64,000 bases of DNA. Source: Escherichia phage vB_EcoM_G53. Within the stretch, counting starts at the first letter, position 1; every line of letters begins with the position of its first letter. The position numbers were made by a program, and so were the translations under genes. The notes under the pieces were generated by a model that had not been told where the DNA came from, made no database searches, and saw only the letters and a list, made by a program, of their open reading frames with translations. Below, piece by piece: positions 45,695 through 57,172 of the stretch. The stretch lies in sequence record MK327943.1. One strand, written 5' to 3'.

Positions 45695-46516
45695 TTAAGA
45701 TTTCCAAACAGTATTCGCAGAGAAACGTTTTCCTTTTGACATAAACTGCTGAGTAGGTAACATGATTATGTTAGCCCAGTCTTTAGGAGCTATTTCTGTT
45801 ATTGTTCCTCTAATGTGGCCTGGCAGGTATGCTTTAATCATTTTGTCAGCACCTTGAAATCCTTTCACCTTGCTCCAGTCTATCTTCAACTTTGTGTTAT
45901 TAGTAATAGTAGTTGTGCTAGCATATTGCTTCAGCAATTCTTCAAGAAACTGTTGACGTGCTTTAGGTGGGATATAGTGCAAGTTTAACCCATACATCAA
46001 ATTATGTTTACCTAATCCTAAATAAATAATCAAAGGATATCTGTCCCAATACGGCAGAGTATCTTTATGTTTAGCATCATACACGTAAGTATAAATTTTG
46101 CCTGGCGTAGGCTTGACTACTTTATGACCTTTTACACTTTTCTTAATTGTTTCAACAAACCACTTAGATGATTTGTTGTTTACTGCTGCGCCTTCATTTC
46201 TAATCTTTTCTCGTATTGAACTGCGAAACGAGTTTATCATCAGAAGTTGACGTTCTTGCTTATTGAGTTTATTTTTAGGTTTAGATTCAAGCGTTTCAAT
46301 TTTCTGTGCAGTTTTAATAGATGATGCATATCTAGACATTGCAGATGTAAACGACGAGTATTTTATTCCTTTTGATTCTGCAAATGCTTTTGCAGTGATT
46401 CCTTTCTCTTTAGCTTTCTTGTATTCTAATCCTATCTCAATCCATTTTCTTTCATTCATAGACTGAGCAATCTTAGGGGCTTGTACGCCTTCAGATATAA
46501 TTTGGAATATGCTCAT
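45695..46516 (-). CDS. 2: DNA end-protector protein gp2
   Basis: 273 aa, basic; T4 gp2 length and position. Confidence 0.8.
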   Translation of the reverse strand: MSIFQIISEGVQAPKIAQSMNERKWIEIGLEYKKAKEKGITAKAFAESKGIKYSSFTSAMSRYASSIKTAQKIETLESKPKNKLNKQERQLLMINSFRSSIREKIRNEGAAVNNKSSKWFVETIKKSVKGHKVVKPTPGKIYTYVYDAKHKDTLPYWDRYPLIIYLGLGKHNLMYGLNLHYIPPKARQQFLEELLKQYASTTTITNNTKLKIDWSKVKGFQGADKMIKAYLPGHIRGTITEIAPKDWANIIMLPTQQFMSKGKRFSANTVWKS

Positions 46517-46518
46517 AA

Positions 46519-46968
46519 TTACCCCTTGTATCCGAGTTTTCTAAGACCATCTTCGGTTAGAACTCGAAATTTTATATTTCTCTTTTCAGCAACAGCTGAG
46601 GCAGCTTTCCATTTGTCACAGTTCACAGACCACGTGTAGATTTCATTCATATAACGTTTCTTAGCCGCAGTTGTAAGATTCACCGGTTTAATAGGTGGCT
46701 GAGTTTCTTTCTTTGGTTTTATTTCTACAAAGAACTCTTGACCTGATGCATCTTTCATCCATATGTCCATATAGTATCGACGTTTCTTACCTTCAGCATT
46801 ACAAAAATATGGAATTACTGCTGTTTCACTACCCCATGCAATAATTTCTGGATTTTTATCCAACCATTCGAAAAAGAATTTTTCCCAGTTTGAACGATAC
46901 GTTATTTTGGTATGGTCTCCACGGTATTTTTTTAAATTTTTTGGGACCCATTTACCAGAGTAGGCCAT
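46519..46968 (-). CDS. 4: Head completion protein gp4
   Basis: 149 aa from [19 protein letters not shown] with SD AGGAGG; T4 gp4 is 150 aa. Confidence 0.8.
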   Translation of the reverse strand: MAYSGKWVPKNLKKYRGDHTKITYRSNWEKFFFEWLDKNPEIIAWGSETAVIPYFCNAEGKKRRYYMDIWMKDASGQEFFVEIKPKKETQPPIKPVNLTTAAKKRYMNEIYTWSVNCDKWKAASAVAEKRNIKFRVLTEDGLRKLGYKG

Positions 46969-46979
46969 GTTGTCCTCCT

Positions 46980-46987
46980 TATAAATA
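46980..46987 (+). promoter_or_regulatory. Late promoter TATAAATA (rightward, upstream of gene 53)
   Basis: Exact T4 late-promoter octamer in the divergent gap between genes 4 and 53. Confidence 0.6.
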
Positions 46988-46994
46988 GTATTAT

Positions 46995-47002
46995 TATTTA
47001 TA
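46995..47002 (-). promoter_or_regulatory. Late promoter TATAAATA (leftward, upstream of gene 4)
   Basis: Reverse complement of tatttata at 46995-47002. Confidence 0.55.
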
Positions 47003-47029
47003 CCAATTTCATATTGGAAGGAGACTATC

Positions 47030-47605
47030 TTGTTATTTACATTCTTCGACCCAATAGGATATAGTGCTAAAACAGTTGATAAGAATGCACCTACTATTCC
47101 TATGACAGACATATTTCGTAACTATAAAGAGTACTTTAAGCGTGTTGCTGCCAATTATAGATTACGTTCTTATTACATTAAAGGCTCTCCGCGTCCTGAA
47201 GAATTAGCAAACATAATTTATGGAAACCCTCAATTATACTGGGTTCTTTTGATGTGCAACGATAACTACGACCCGTATTATGGTTGGATTACATCTCAGG
47301 AAGCAGCGTATCAAGCTTCTATTCAGAAATATGCTAATGCTGGCGGCGACCAAATTCTTTATCATATTAACGAGAACCGTGAGAAATTTTACAATTTGGT
47401 TTCATATCCTGACGAGCCTTTAGTTTGGTACGATAAAGGTGATGAAGCTCGTAAGTATCCGCAATATAAAGGACCTTTAGCTGCAGTAGATATTTATGAA
47501 GCGGCTGTATTAGATAACGAAAAACTTCGTAAAATAAAAATTGTTGCAAAAGAAGATATAAACTCGTTTATTACAGATTTGATTCGTGAGATGGAGATTG
47601 CATAA
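47030..47605 (+). CDS. 53: Baseplate wedge protein gp53
   Basis: 191 aa; starts at TTG with strong SD GGAAGGAG 7 nt upstream; MLFTFFDPIGYSAKTV... resembles T4 gp53. Confidence 0.85.
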   Translation: MLFTFFDPIGYSAKTVDKNAPTIPMTDIFRNYKEYFKRVAANYRLRSYYIKGSPRPEELANIIYGNPQLYWVLLMCNDNYDPYYGWITSQEAAYQASIQKYANAGGDQILYHINENREKFYNLVSYPDEPLVWYDKGDEARKYPQYKGPLAAVDIYEAAVLDNEKLRKIKIVAKEDINSFITDLIREMEIA

Positions 47606-49338
47606 TGGAAATGATTAGCAGTAGCCTTAATTGGTTCGTGGGTGTTGTCGAGGACAGAATGGACCCATTAAAACAAGGGCGAGTTCGAGTGCGAGTAGTT
47701 GGACTTCATCCCGCACAGAGAGTACAAGGCGATGTGCAGGGTATTCCTACAGAAAAACTTCCATGGATGACTGTTATTCAACCTATTACGTCTGCATCAA
47801 TGTCAGGTATTGGTGGTTCTGTTACAGGTCCTGTTGAAGGAACTCGAGTATATGGTCATTTCTTAGACAAATGGAAAACAAACGGGATTGTACTTGGTAC
47901 ATATGGCGGAATTGTACGTGAAAAGCCTAATAGACTTGAAGGTTTTTCAGACCCGACAGGCCAGTATCCGCGACGTTTAGGTAATGATACGAACGTATTA
48001 AACCAAGGTGGTGAAGCTGGTTATTATTCAAACTCTAACGTAATTCAAGATAACAACTTAGATTATGGTATAAACCCAGACGATACAGATTTAGCAAATA
48101 TTCCAGAAGATGATGACCCTAATTTTACAATAACAGAAATGTTACGTCGTGACGAAGGTCTTCGTGATAAAGTGTATTGGGACCATCTCGGATATCCTAC
48201 AGTAGGTATTGGACACCTTATAGTAATGGAAAAAACCCGGGATATGTCTCGAATTAATAAATTGTTATCTGATCAAGTAGGGCGTGAAGTAACAGGAAAT
48301 CCGGGAACTATTACATTAGAAGAAGCAACAGCGTTATTTGAGAAAGACCTTGCTAAGATGCAGAAAGACATTCGTTCTAATTCTAAAGTAGGTCCTGTTT
48401 ATGCTAAAATGAACAGATCTCGCCAAATGGCATTAGAAAACATGTGCTTCCAAATGGGCGTTGGTGGTGTAGCAAAATTCAATACTATGCTTAAAGCAAT
48501 GGCCGAAGGTGATTGGAAAACTGCATACAAATCTGGGCGCGATTCATTATGGTTCCAACAGACTAAAGGACGTGCTTCACGCGTAACAACAATTATTTTA
48601 ACTGGTAACATGGAATCATACGGTGTTCCTGTTAAAACACCACCTTCGCCTGGTGTTGGTGCCGATTTAGTTACTAGAAATACAGATCCAGAAGATCCGG
48701 CTAGTCCTCCTGTTCCGTTAGATTCACGCATCCTTTTTAAAGAACCGGAATCAAGTTATCGTGGTGAGTACCCATATGTTCATGCTATGGAAACAGAAAG
48801 TGGTCATATCCAAGAATTTGACGATACTCCAGGTAATGAACGTTATCGCTTAGTTCATCCAACAGGGTCATATGAGGAAGTTTCTCCGTCTGGGCGTCGT
48901 ACTCGTAAAACTGTAGAAGACCTTTTTGACATCACTAATGGCGACGGGAACTTCTTGATTTCTGGCGATAAGCTTGTTAACGTTGGTGCTAATGAAATAT
49001 ATTATAACATGGCAGACCGCCTCCATCAAATAGACGGCAATGACACAATCTTTATTCGTGGTAACCAAGCTAAAACTGTTGAAGGCGATGGAACTCTTTA
49101 CGTTAAGGGTAATATCAAAATAGTTGTTGACGGAAATGCAGATATTCTTGTTAAAGGTGATGCCAAAACTCAGGTCGAAGGGAATCATGATTACACCGTC
49201 AACGGAAACGTTAAATGGACTGTTAATGGTAATGTTGATATGACTGTTGCCGGGGATTGGGCAGAAACAATGTCTACAATGAGCTCAGTAGCTTCAGGAC
49301 AATACACTGTTGATGGATCTCGTATTGATATTGGGTAA
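47605..49338 (+). CDS. 5: Baseplate hub and tail lysozyme gp5
   Basis: 577 aa; lysozyme domain MLRRDEGLRDKVYWDHLGYPTVGIGHL and C-terminal V-x-G-x repeats (VKGNIKIVVDGNADILVKGDAKTQVEGNHDYTVNGNVKWTVNGNV) of the beta-helix needle. Confidence 0.93.
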   Translation: MEMISSSLNWFVGVVEDRMDPLKQGRVRVRVVGLHPAQRVQGDVQGIPTEKLPWMTVIQPITSASMSGIGGSVTGPVEGTRVYGHFLDKWKTNGIVLGTYGGIVREKPNRLEGFSDPTGQYPRRLGNDTNVLNQGGEAGYYSNSNVIQDNNLDYGINPDDTDLANIPEDDDPNFTITEMLRRDEGLRDKVYWDHLGYPTVGIGHLIVMEKTRDMSRINKLLSDQVGREVTGNPGTITLEEATALFEKDLAKMQKDIRSNSKVGPVYAKMNRSRQMALENMCFQMGVGGVAKFNTMLKAMAEGDWKTAYKSGRDSLWFQQTKGRASRVTTIILTGNMESYGVPVKTPPSPGVGADLVTRNTDPEDPASPPVPLDSRILFKEPESSYRGEYPYVHAMETESGHIQEFDDTPGNERYRLVHPTGSYEEVSPSGRRTRKTVEDLFDITNGDGNFLISGDKLVNVGANEIYYNMADRLHQIDGNDTIFIRGNQAKTVEGDGTLYVKGNIKIVVDGNADILVKGDAKTQVEGNHDYTVNGNVKWTVNGNVDMTVAGDWAETMSTMSSVASGQYTVDGSRIDIG

Positions 49339-49341
49339 TAT

Positions 49342-49857
49342 ATGGCACAAATACTTCCTTTAAATACCGACTTAGGAGAAGACATGGAAGGGGCGTCTAT
49401 TGACGTCCTTTTTACTCCACAGTTAGAAACAACCGAAACTTTAGTGTCAATAAATATAACAGATTATGAACCGACACAAGGCATTACGGTAGATGGTAAT
49501 CGTTTATATGGAACATATGAAAGTGTGTTTAGCTTTTCTTCGGATGCATTGAAATATCGATTAAATGATGATTTTAAAACTGCATCTTCATGGGATGATT
49601 TACCGAAAGATGAATCCACCCAGTTATATTTGTGGAGAGCTCCTCAGAATCTTCGTAAAGTGTTTAGTTATACGGTTGAAATGATTTATAACTACCAAGA
49701 AGAAAGTTCATCAGGCGGTTCTAGAAGTGACTCTGGTGCAGAACCTCCACCAGCTCCAGTACAAAAAACTCTTACTAAGGTTTATACAAAAACTATAGTA
49801 GGAAATTGGAGCAAATGGGCTCATCAATTACGAAACTATGTTTATGTGAGGCCGTGA
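49342..49857 (+). CDS. Hypothetical protein in the gene 5.1 position
   Basis: 171-aa ORF between genes 5 and 5.4. Confidence 0.6.
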   Translation: MAQILPLNTDLGEDMEGASIDVLFTPQLETTETLVSINITDYEPTQGITVDGNRLYGTYESVFSFSSDALKYRLNDDFKTASSWDDLPKDESTQLYLWRAPQNLRKVFSYTVEMIYNYQEESSSGGSRSDSGAEPPPAPVQKTLTKVYTKTIVGNWSKWAHQLRNYVYVRP

Positions 49858-49859
49858 AA

Positions 49860-50153
49860 ATGTCTGGCTTAAGTTACGACAAGTGCGTTACAACAGGTCA
49901 TGAAGCATGGCCTCCTACTGTAATAAATGCTTCCCAATCTAAAGTGTTCACCGGCGGTATTCCTGTTCTTGTGGCAGGAGACCAAATAACACCTCATACA
50001 GAAATTAAAAAACCATACGAGACTCATGGAGGTGTTACTGAACCTCGTACATCTAAAGTATACGTCACCGGTAAAAAGGCCGTTCAAATGGCTGACCCAA
50101 TTTCATGCGGGGATACTGTTTCTCAGGCCTCGTCAAAAGTCTTTATAAAATAG
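49860..50153 (+). CDS. 5.4: Spike-tip protein gp5.4 (PAAR-like)
   Basis: 97 aa from [21 protein letters not shown]; size and position match T4 gp5.4. Confidence 0.75.
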   Translation: MSGLSYDKCVTTGHEAWPPTVINASQSKVFTGGIPVLVAGDQITPHTEIKKPYETHGGVTEPRTSKVYVTGKKAVQMADPISCGDTVSQASSKVFIK

Positions 50154-50161
50154 GAATTAAA

Positions 50162-52135
50162 ATGGCAAACACTCCTGTAAATTATCAATTAACACGAACA
50201 GCGAATGCTATTCCCGAGATTTTTATCGGGGGCACATTTGCCGAAATCAAACAGAACATTATTGAATGGCTCAATGGGCAGAATGAATTTCTTGATTATG
50301 ATTTTGAAGGTTCACGCTTAAACGTATTGTGCGACCTTTTAGCATATAACACTCTTTACATCCAACAGTTCAGTAATAGTGCAGTGTATGAAAGTTTTAT
50401 GCGTACTGCAAACTTGCGTAGTTCTGTTGTACAAGCGGCTCAAGATAACGGATATCTGCCTTCATCTAAATCAGCAGCACAAACAGAAATTATGCTCACA
50501 TGTACGGATGCATTAAATAGAAACTATATCACCATTCCACGTGGCACTCGTTTCTTAGCATACGCTAAAGATACTTCTGTTAACCCGTATAACTTTGTTT
50601 CTACCGAAGATGTCATTGTAGTTAAAGACAAAAATAACCAATATTTCCCGCGTCTTAGATTAGCTCAAGGGCGTATTGTTCGCACTGAATTAACATTTGA
50701 TAGATTAAAACCTATCATTATTCGTGATAAGAATATTGACCGTAATTTGGTTAAGTTGTATGTTGACGGAGCAGAATGGATTAACTGGACTCGTAAGTCG
50801 ATGGTTCACGCTGGTTCTACGTCAACAATCTATTATATGCGTGAAACAGTTGATGGGAACACCGAATTTTATTTTGGTGAAGGCGAAATCTCTATTAACA
50901 CGTCAGAAGGTGCGTTAACATCTAACTATATTGGTGGCCTTAAACCTGTTCAGGGTTCTAAAATCGTAATTGAGTATATTTCTACTAATGGCGCAGATGC
51001 TAACGGTGCTGTAGGATTTTCTTATGCTGATACATTAGCTAATATCACTGTAATCGATATTAATGAGAACCCTAGCAATAACCCGGACTTTGTCGGGGCC
51101 GATGGTGGTGGTGACCCTGAAGATATTGAACGTATCCGCGAATTAGGCACAATTAAACGCGAAACTCAACAACGTTGTGTAACCGCTTCCGACTATGACA
51201 CATTCGTCTCTGAGCGGTTTGGTTCTATTATTCAAGCGGTTCAAACATTCACAGATTCATCTAAACCAGGGTACGCATATATTGCTGCTAAGCCTAAATC
51301 TGGATTGTATTTGACTTCTGTCCAACGCGATGATATCAAAAACTATTTGAATGATTATAACTTAGGGACTATTACACCTGTTGTTATTTCGCCTGATTAT
51401 TTGTTTATCAAAATGAATATCAAAGTTACATACGCGTTGAATAAACTCCAAGAATCAGAACAATATCTTGAAGGGCAAATTATTAATAAAATTGACCGAT
51501 ATTATATTGAAGATGTAGAAATTTTTAACTCATCGTTTGCAAAATCTAAAATGCTAACTTATGTCGATGATGCAGATATTTCTATTATTGGTTCTTCAGC
51601 TACTATTCAAATGGTTCGCGAAGTACAAAACTTCTATAAAACGCCTGAGGCCGGTATTAAATACAATAATCAGATTAAAGATAGATCGATGGAATCTAAT
51701 ATATTCTCGTTTGATTCGCACAGACCTAATCCAGAAAATGCAAACGAAACTATTAAATATGGTGTTCGCATAGTATCTTCTGACCGTAATGACCGTGGCA
51801 TAGGTCAAGTTATTATTGGTCCATTTGCAGACGGTGATGTTGTTGAAAACGAAAATATACAACCTTATACAGGTAATGATTTTAATAAACTTACTGTTAC
51901 TGACGGACGAAACAAATACTATTCAATTGGTGAAGTGAATTATCCTGCCGATTCGATTTATTGGAACATTGCTAAAATTGACCTCACTTCAGACCGTTTT
52001 GAAGTTCAAACAATTGAACTTTATTCCGACCCTGCAGATGATATTATTTTTACAAAGGATGGTTCTTTAATCGTATTCGAAAATGACTTACGTCCTCAGT
52101 ACTTAACTATAGATTTGGAGCCTATTTCACAATGA
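50162..52135 (+). CDS. 6: Baseplate wedge protein gp6
   Basis: 657 aa from MANTPVNYQLTRTANAIPEIFIGGTF with SD AGGAATTAAA. Confidence 0.9.
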   Translation: MANTPVNYQLTRTANAIPEIFIGGTFAEIKQNIIEWLNGQNEFLDYDFEGSRLNVLCDLLAYNTLYIQQFSNSAVYESFMRTANLRSSVVQAAQDNGYLPSSKSAAQTEIMLTCTDALNRNYITIPRGTRFLAYAKDTSVNPYNFVSTEDVIVVKDKNNQYFPRLRLAQGRIVRTELTFDRLKPIIIRDKNIDRNLVKLYVDGAEWINWTRKSMVHAGSTSTIYYMRETVDGNTEFYFGEGEISINTSEGALTSNYIGGLKPVQGSKIVIEYISTNGADANGAVGFSYADTLANITVIDINENPSNNPDFVGADGGGDPEDIERIRELGTIKRETQQRCVTASDYDTFVSERFGSIIQAVQTFTDSSKPGYAYIAAKPKSGLYLTSVQRDDIKNYLNDYNLGTITPVVISPDYLFIKMNIKVTYALNKLQESEQYLEGQIINKIDRYYIEDVEIFNSSFAKSKMLTYVDDADISIIGSSATIQMVREVQNFYKTPEAGIKYNNQIKDRSMESNIFSFDSHRPNPENANETIKYGVRIVSSDRNDRGIGQVIIGPFADGDVVENENIQPYTGNDFNKLTVTDGRNKYYSIGEVNYPADSIYWNIAKIDLTSDRFEVQTIELYSDPADDIIFTKDGSLIVFENDLRPQYLTIDLEPISQ

Positions 52136-55100
52136 CAGTAAAAGCGCCAGCAGTCACAAGTCTCAGAATATCCAAGTTGTCCGCTAACCAAGTTCAAATA
52201 CGCTGGGATGACGTTGGTGCTAATTTCTACTATTTTGTAGAAATCGCTGAGACTAAAACGGCAGACGGGGAAATAATTCCCCCTGCCAGCTACAGATGGA
52301 TAAATTTAGGATATACTCCTAATAGCAACTGGTTCGAAAGTAGCTTAGACCCATTAACTTCTTATATTATTCGTGTATCAACTGCCGCCGAAGGCTTCGA
52401 GAGATCTGATTGGGTATATACCGAAATATTTGAATCATTTCAGACTAACGCGTATACATTTCAACATATGATTGAAATGCAATTGGCTAACACTTTTATT
52501 AGAGAAAAATTTACAAATAACAACATGGCTTATGTCGATTTTAATAACGACACTATAATGGCAGCTCTAATGAATGAATCGTTCCAATTTAGCCCAGCTT
52601 ATGCGGATATTTCATCTATTAAAAATTTCATTATTGGCGAAAATGAGTATCATGAAATTCAAGGTTCGATTCAACAGGTGTGTCATGATATAAACCGTGT
52701 TTATTTGATGGAATCCGAAGGAATTCTTTATTTGTTTGAACGATATCAGCCTGTGGTTAAAGTCTCTAATGATAAGGGACAAACCTGGAAATCGGTTAAA
52801 TTGTTTAATGACCGTGTAGGGTACCCTGTATCAAGAACAGTGTATTACCAGACAGGTTATACCACGTATGTTCTTGGGTATGATAAATTATTTTACGGCC
52901 GTAAATCAACTGACGTTCGTTGGTCTGCTGATGATGTGAGATTTAGTTCTCAAGATATAACATTTGCTAAAATTGGTGACCAGTTAAATTTAGGATTTGA
53001 TGTAGAAATATTTGGTAACTACGCATCATTACCTGCTAACGTGTCACGTATTGCAGAAGCTATCGTTTGCAATGACGATTATGTATACGTTGCTGCTCGA
53101 GATAAAGTTCGTTTTATTAAAACTAGTAATGCCCCTATTGATTCGGACCCGTTATCTCCGACATATTCCGAACGTTTGTTTGAACAAGAAACATTTAACA
53201 TCACAGGTAACCCTAAGGCAGTTTGCTATAAAATGGATTCTGTCGGTGGTAAAATATTTGCACTGATTATCGGTGAAGTTGTTAATCTTAATGACGACCC
53301 GAGGACCACTCCTATTGTTGATTCTGCTGATAAGGGCGTTTACGTTCTAGACCATGATGCTGGCACATTTAAACGTGTGTTTGGTAATACTGAAGAAGAA
53401 CGCCGTCGTATTGAACCTGGGTACACCAGTATGTCTACTGATGGTGTTGAGTTATCTATTTCATCTAGTAATTTTAAATTTCTAGAATCGGATATTGTTG
53501 ATGACCCAAAAACACAAATCAAGTACGGTTTAATCGGTGCTGTTAAATATGAGTATCCTCGCGAATGGTTGGCTGATAAACATTATCATATGATGGCATT
53601 TATTTCAACTGAAGACTCTCAATGGGAATCGTTCACTCCTCAACCGATGGAATACTATGCTGAGCCATTCTTTAGTTATTCTAGAAAGTCCGGTACTCGA
53701 TGTTGGATTAATAACTCAGACAAGGCTGTTGTAATTTATTCTGATTTACTTTACACTAAGGTTATTGAGAATCATCCACTTAGTTCTTCAGACCGTGAAG
53801 TTCATGAATATTGGAAGGACGGTGACTGTACAATAGTGATGCCTAACGTAGATTTCACCGGATTTAAAAAATATGCATCCGGCATGATTTTCTATAAATC
53901 ATCAGGTGAGATTATTTCTTATTATGATTTTAGTTATCGTGTTAGAGATAATGTTTCTATAATTTGGAAGCCTACTAATATATTCTTAACAGCATCGTTA
54001 CAAAACCAAGAAAAAGATACCACATGGACTCCTGTAGAAGAGAACGGTATTGCAGACCCAGATTTACGACCATTGCTCACTACAATGATGCCAGAGTCTT
54101 ATCTTTTAGATAATACAAACTTTGAAGCATTCTGCGAGGCTTATATTCAGTATCTTTCTGACGGTTATGGGACCCATTATAACAACCTTTTAAATCTTAT
54201 TAAAAATCAATATCCGCGCGAAGAACATGCGTGGGAATATTTATGGTCTGAGATTTATAAACGAAACATTTACTTAAACGCCGAAAAACGCGATTTAGTG
54301 TCTCGTTTCTTTGAATCAAGAAGTTATGACTTCTATTCAACTAAAGGAACTGAAGCGTCATATAAATTCTTGTTTAAAGTGCTTTATAACGAAGATGTTG
54401 AAATTGAAATTGAATCTAGTTCCGGGACCGAATATGATATCATCATTGAATCTGATTCGTTGACAGAAGATTTGGTCGGGCAAACCATATACACCGCTAC
54501 AGGACGTTGTAATGTGACGTATATCGAGAGAAGTTACTCTAAAGGTAAATTACAATGGACTGTAACAATTCACAACCTCTTAGGTCGTTTAATCCAAGGA
54601 CAGGAAGTTAAAGCTGAAAGACTTCCTGGTTTTGAAGGTGAAATTGTTCGTGGTATTAAAGGTAAAGAGCTTTCTCAGAACAACATCGATTACATAAATC
54701 GTGGTAGAGCATACTACGTAATGAAGATTAAATCTAAACTTCCATCATCTCGTTGGAAATCAGACGTATTACGTTTTGTTCATCCGGTTGGATTTGGATT
54801 TATCGCAATTACCCTTCTCACAATGTTTATTAACACCGGATTAACACTTAAACATGTTGAAACCATTATTAATAAATACAAAAACTATAAGTGGGATTCT
54901 GGATTACCGACTAAATATGCAGACCGAGTGGCTAAATTAGACCCACAAGGAAATGTTGAGTTTGACCCTATTACAGGTAAAGCGATATATGAAATAGGCC
55001 CTATGGCTGGTCAAGATTATCCATTGCCTGAAGATTATAACGCTGAAAACAATAACTCCATATTTCAAGGTCAACTTCCATCGGAACGACGTAAACTGAT

Positions 55101-55230
55101 GAGCCCATTATTTGATGCGTCCGGAACAACATTCTCTAGATTTAGAGATTTGGTTGAACAACGGTTAATCGATAATGTAGGAAATCCAAGAGACCCCGTG
55201 AATCCACCACAGGTTAAATTAGATGAATGA
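52132..55230 (+). CDS. 7: Baseplate wedge initiator gp7
   Basis: 1032 aa, the same length as T4 gp7; ATGA overlap with gene 6. Confidence 0.92.
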   Translation: MTVKAPAVTSLRISKLSANQVQIRWDDVGANFYYFVEIAETKTADGEIIPPASYRWINLGYTPNSNWFESSLDPLTSYIIRVSTAAEGFERSDWVYTEIFESFQTNAYTFQHMIEMQLANTFIREKFTNNNMAYVDFNNDTIMAALMNESFQFSPAYADISSIKNFIIGENEYHEIQGSIQQVCHDINRVYLMESEGILYLFERYQPVVKVSNDKGQTWKSVKLFNDRVGYPVSRTVYYQTGYTTYVLGYDKLFYGRKSTDVRWSADDVRFSSQDITFAKIGDQLNLGFDVEIFGNYASLPANVSRIAEAIVCNDDYVYVAARDKVRFIKTSNAPIDSDPLSPTYSERLFEQETFNITGNPKAVCYKMDSVGGKIFALIIGEVVNLNDDPRTTPIVDSADKGVYVLDHDAGTFKRVFGNTEEERRRIEPGYTSMSTDGVELSISSSNFKFLESDIVDDPKTQIKYGLIGAVKYEYPREWLADKHYHMMAFISTEDSQWESFTPQPMEYYAEPFFSYSRKSGTRCWINNSDKAVVIYSDLLYTKVIENHPLSSSDREVHEYWKDGDCTIVMPNVDFTGFKKYASGMIFYKSSGEIISYYDFSYRVRDNVSIIWKPTNIFLTASLQNQEKDTTWTPVEENGIADPDLRPLLTTMMPESYLLDNTNFEAFCEAYIQYLSDGYGTHYNNLLNLIKNQYPREEHAWEYLWSEIYKRNIYLNAEKRDLVSRFFESRSYDFYSTKGTEASYKFLFKVLYNEDVEIEIESSSGTEYDIIIESDSLTEDLVGQTIYTATGRCNVTYIERSYSKGKLQWTVTIHNLLGRLIQGQEVKAERLPGFEGEIVRGIKGKELSQNNIDYINRGRAYYVMKIKSKLPSSRWKSDVLRFVHPVGFGFIAITLLTMFINTGLTLKHVETIINKYKNYKWDSGLPTKYADRVAKLDPQGNVEFDPITGKAIYEIGPMAGQDYPLPEDYNAENNNSIFQGQLPSERRKLMSPLFDASGTTFSRFRDLVEQRLIDNVGNPRDPVNPPQVKLDE

Positions 55231-56227
55231 TTCAAGTGTTATCTATCGTGCAATAGTTACATCAAAATTTAGAACAGAGAAAATGCTGAATTTTTATAAT
55301 TCAGTTGGGGATGGAGACGATAAGAACTCCATTTATATTACGTTTGGACGTTCAGAGCCTTGGGCGTCAAATGAAAATGAGGTGGGCTTCGCCCCACCTT
55401 ATCCTACAGATTCTGTTCTTGGTGTTACTGATATGTGGACCCATATGATGGGTACCGTTAAAGTTTTACCTTCAATGTTAGATTCTGTTATTCCTAGACG
55501 TGATTGGGGAGATGTGCGATATCCAGACCCTTACACGTTTAGAATTAACGATATAGTCGCATGTAATACTGCTCCGTACAACGCGACAGAAGTTGGAGCT
55601 GGTTGGTTAATTTACCGTTGTTTAGATGTCCCTGACGTAGGGCTCTGTTCAATAGAATCTTTAGATAATAAAGATGAATGTCTTAAATTGGGTGGTAAAT
55701 GGACTCCGTCTGTTCGTTCTATGTCTCCTCCTGAAGGCAGAGGCGATGCTAATGGGGTTATCGAAACCGGTGATGGATATATTTGGGAATATCTTTATGA
55801 GATTCCTGCCGATGTGTCAATTAACCGTTGCACTAACGAATATCTTGTAGTTCCATGGCCGGAAGAAATTAAAGAAGACCCCACCCGTTGGGGATATGAA
55901 AATAACTTAACTTGGCAACAAGATGACTACGGTTTGATTTACCGTGTTAAAGCTAATACGATGCGGTTTAAAGCATATTTTGATTCTGTTTATTTCCCTG
56001 AGGCAGCTTTGCCTGGTAACAAGGGTTTTAGACAGATATCAATTATCGCAAACCCGTTAGAAGCTAAGAAAAATCCAAATGACCCTAATGTTAAAGCAGA
56101 AAAGGATTATTACGACCCTAGAGACCTGCAACGTCATTCCGGTGAAATGATTTATATGGAAAACCGACCACCTGTTATTATGGCAATGGACCAAACAGAA
56201 GAAATTAACATTTTGTTTATGTTTTAA
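55223..56227 (+). CDS. 8: Baseplate wedge protein gp8
   Basis: 334 aa MNDSSVIYRAIVTSKFRTEKMLNFYNS... closely matches T4 gp8. Confidence 0.93.
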   Translation: MNDSSVIYRAIVTSKFRTEKMLNFYNSVGDGDDKNSIYITFGRSEPWASNENEVGFAPPYPTDSVLGVTDMWTHMMGTVKVLPSMLDSVIPRRDWGDVRYPDPYTFRINDIVACNTAPYNATEVGAGWLIYRCLDVPDVGLCSIESLDNKDECLKLGGKWTPSVRSMSPPEGRGDANGVIETGDGYIWEYLYEIPADVSINRCTNEYLVVPWPEEIKEDPTRWGYENNLTWQQDDYGLIYRVKANTMRFKAYFDSVYFPEAALPGNKGFRQISIIANPLEAKKNPNDPNVKAEKDYYDPRDLQRHSGEMIYMENRPPVIMAMDQTEEINILFMF

Positions 56228-56230
56228 TTA

Positions 56231-56256
56231 GGGAGCCTTCGGGCTCCCATTTTTGT
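56231..56256 (+). terminator. Rho-independent terminator (TTCG tetraloop) after gene 8
   Basis: GGGAGCC-TTCG-GGCTCCC followed by ATTTTTG. Confidence 0.65.
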
Positions 56257-56259
56257 ATC

Positions 56260-56267
56260 TATAAATA
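56260..56267 (+). promoter_or_regulatory. Late promoter TATAAATA upstream of gene 9
   Basis: Exact octamer 33 nt before the gene 9 ATG. Confidence 0.6.
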
Positions 56268-56299
56268 GAATATAATATCGGACAACAAAAGGCAGAATT

Positions 56300-57172
56300 A
56301 TGGCATTTTTTAAGCAAACTCCTAAACAATTAATCGATACCGGCGAAATTGGTAATGCCTCAACAGGTGATATCTTATTCGACGGCGGTAATAAAATAAA
56401 TGACGATATCAACGCTATTTACAATGCATTTGGCGATCAACGTAAAATGGCCGTAGCAGATGGAACCGGACCTACAGGTCAAACTATTCATGCCACAGGT
56501 TATTATCAAAAAGGAAAGGCGATCGATTATCAAACTCCTATTAAACCCGGCACCATGCATGATATTGATGCTTCTGATGGCGGTGTGATTGTTATTATTG
56601 ACCGTCCTGAATTAGGTGATTCTGTAGAATTCATAAACTCTAATGGGTCTATTTCTGTTAACAATCCTTTAAGTATCCAAGTAACCGATGGTTCAATTAA
56701 AGGTGTTCTTAATAATCTTGTTATTTCCACCCCTTATACCCATGTTGTTCTTCGTTGTGTTGAACTTAACGGGCCAACTTCAGTATGGAATTATTCTACT
56801 GATAGCATGTTTGGGCAGAAAGAATCTCCTGTTGATGGGACTTGGAGTCTTACAGGAAACACAGTTTCTATTCCTCTGTTTTATCGCACAGATTATAACA
56901 TGGCTAAATTGCTTGTTACATGCCAATCCGCCGACGGTAGAAAAATAAAAACATGCGAAATAAATATTCTAATAGATACAATTAACTCAGAAGTTCTTTC
57001 TACCGAATTTGCAGTAATGCGAGTTGGTAATGTAGATGAAACCGACGAGATTGCTAATATTAGCTTTAGTATTATTAACAACTTTGCTACTATGACGATT
57101 ACATCCGATATTATTGGATTACGTTCAGCAGTTAAAATTATCTCAACTCAGAAAATTGGGGTCGCTCAATAA
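56300..57172 (+). CDS. 9: Baseplate wedge / long tail-fibre connector gp9
   Basis: 290 aa; ...KLIDTGEIGNASTGDILFDGGNKIN... resembles T4 gp9. Confidence 0.92.
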   Translation: MAFFKQTPKQLIDTGEIGNASTGDILFDGGNKINDDINAIYNAFGDQRKMAVADGTGPTGQTIHATGYYQKGKAIDYQTPIKPGTMHDIDASDGGVIVIIDRPELGDSVEFINSNGSISVNNPLSIQVTDGSIKGVLNNLVISTPYTHVVLRCVELNGPTSVWNYSTDSMFGQKESPVDGTWSLTGNTVSIPLFYRTDYNMAKLLVTCQSADGRKIKTCEINILIDTINSEVLSTEFAVMRVGNVDETDEIANISFSIINNFATMTITSDIIGLRSAVKIISTQKIGVAQ

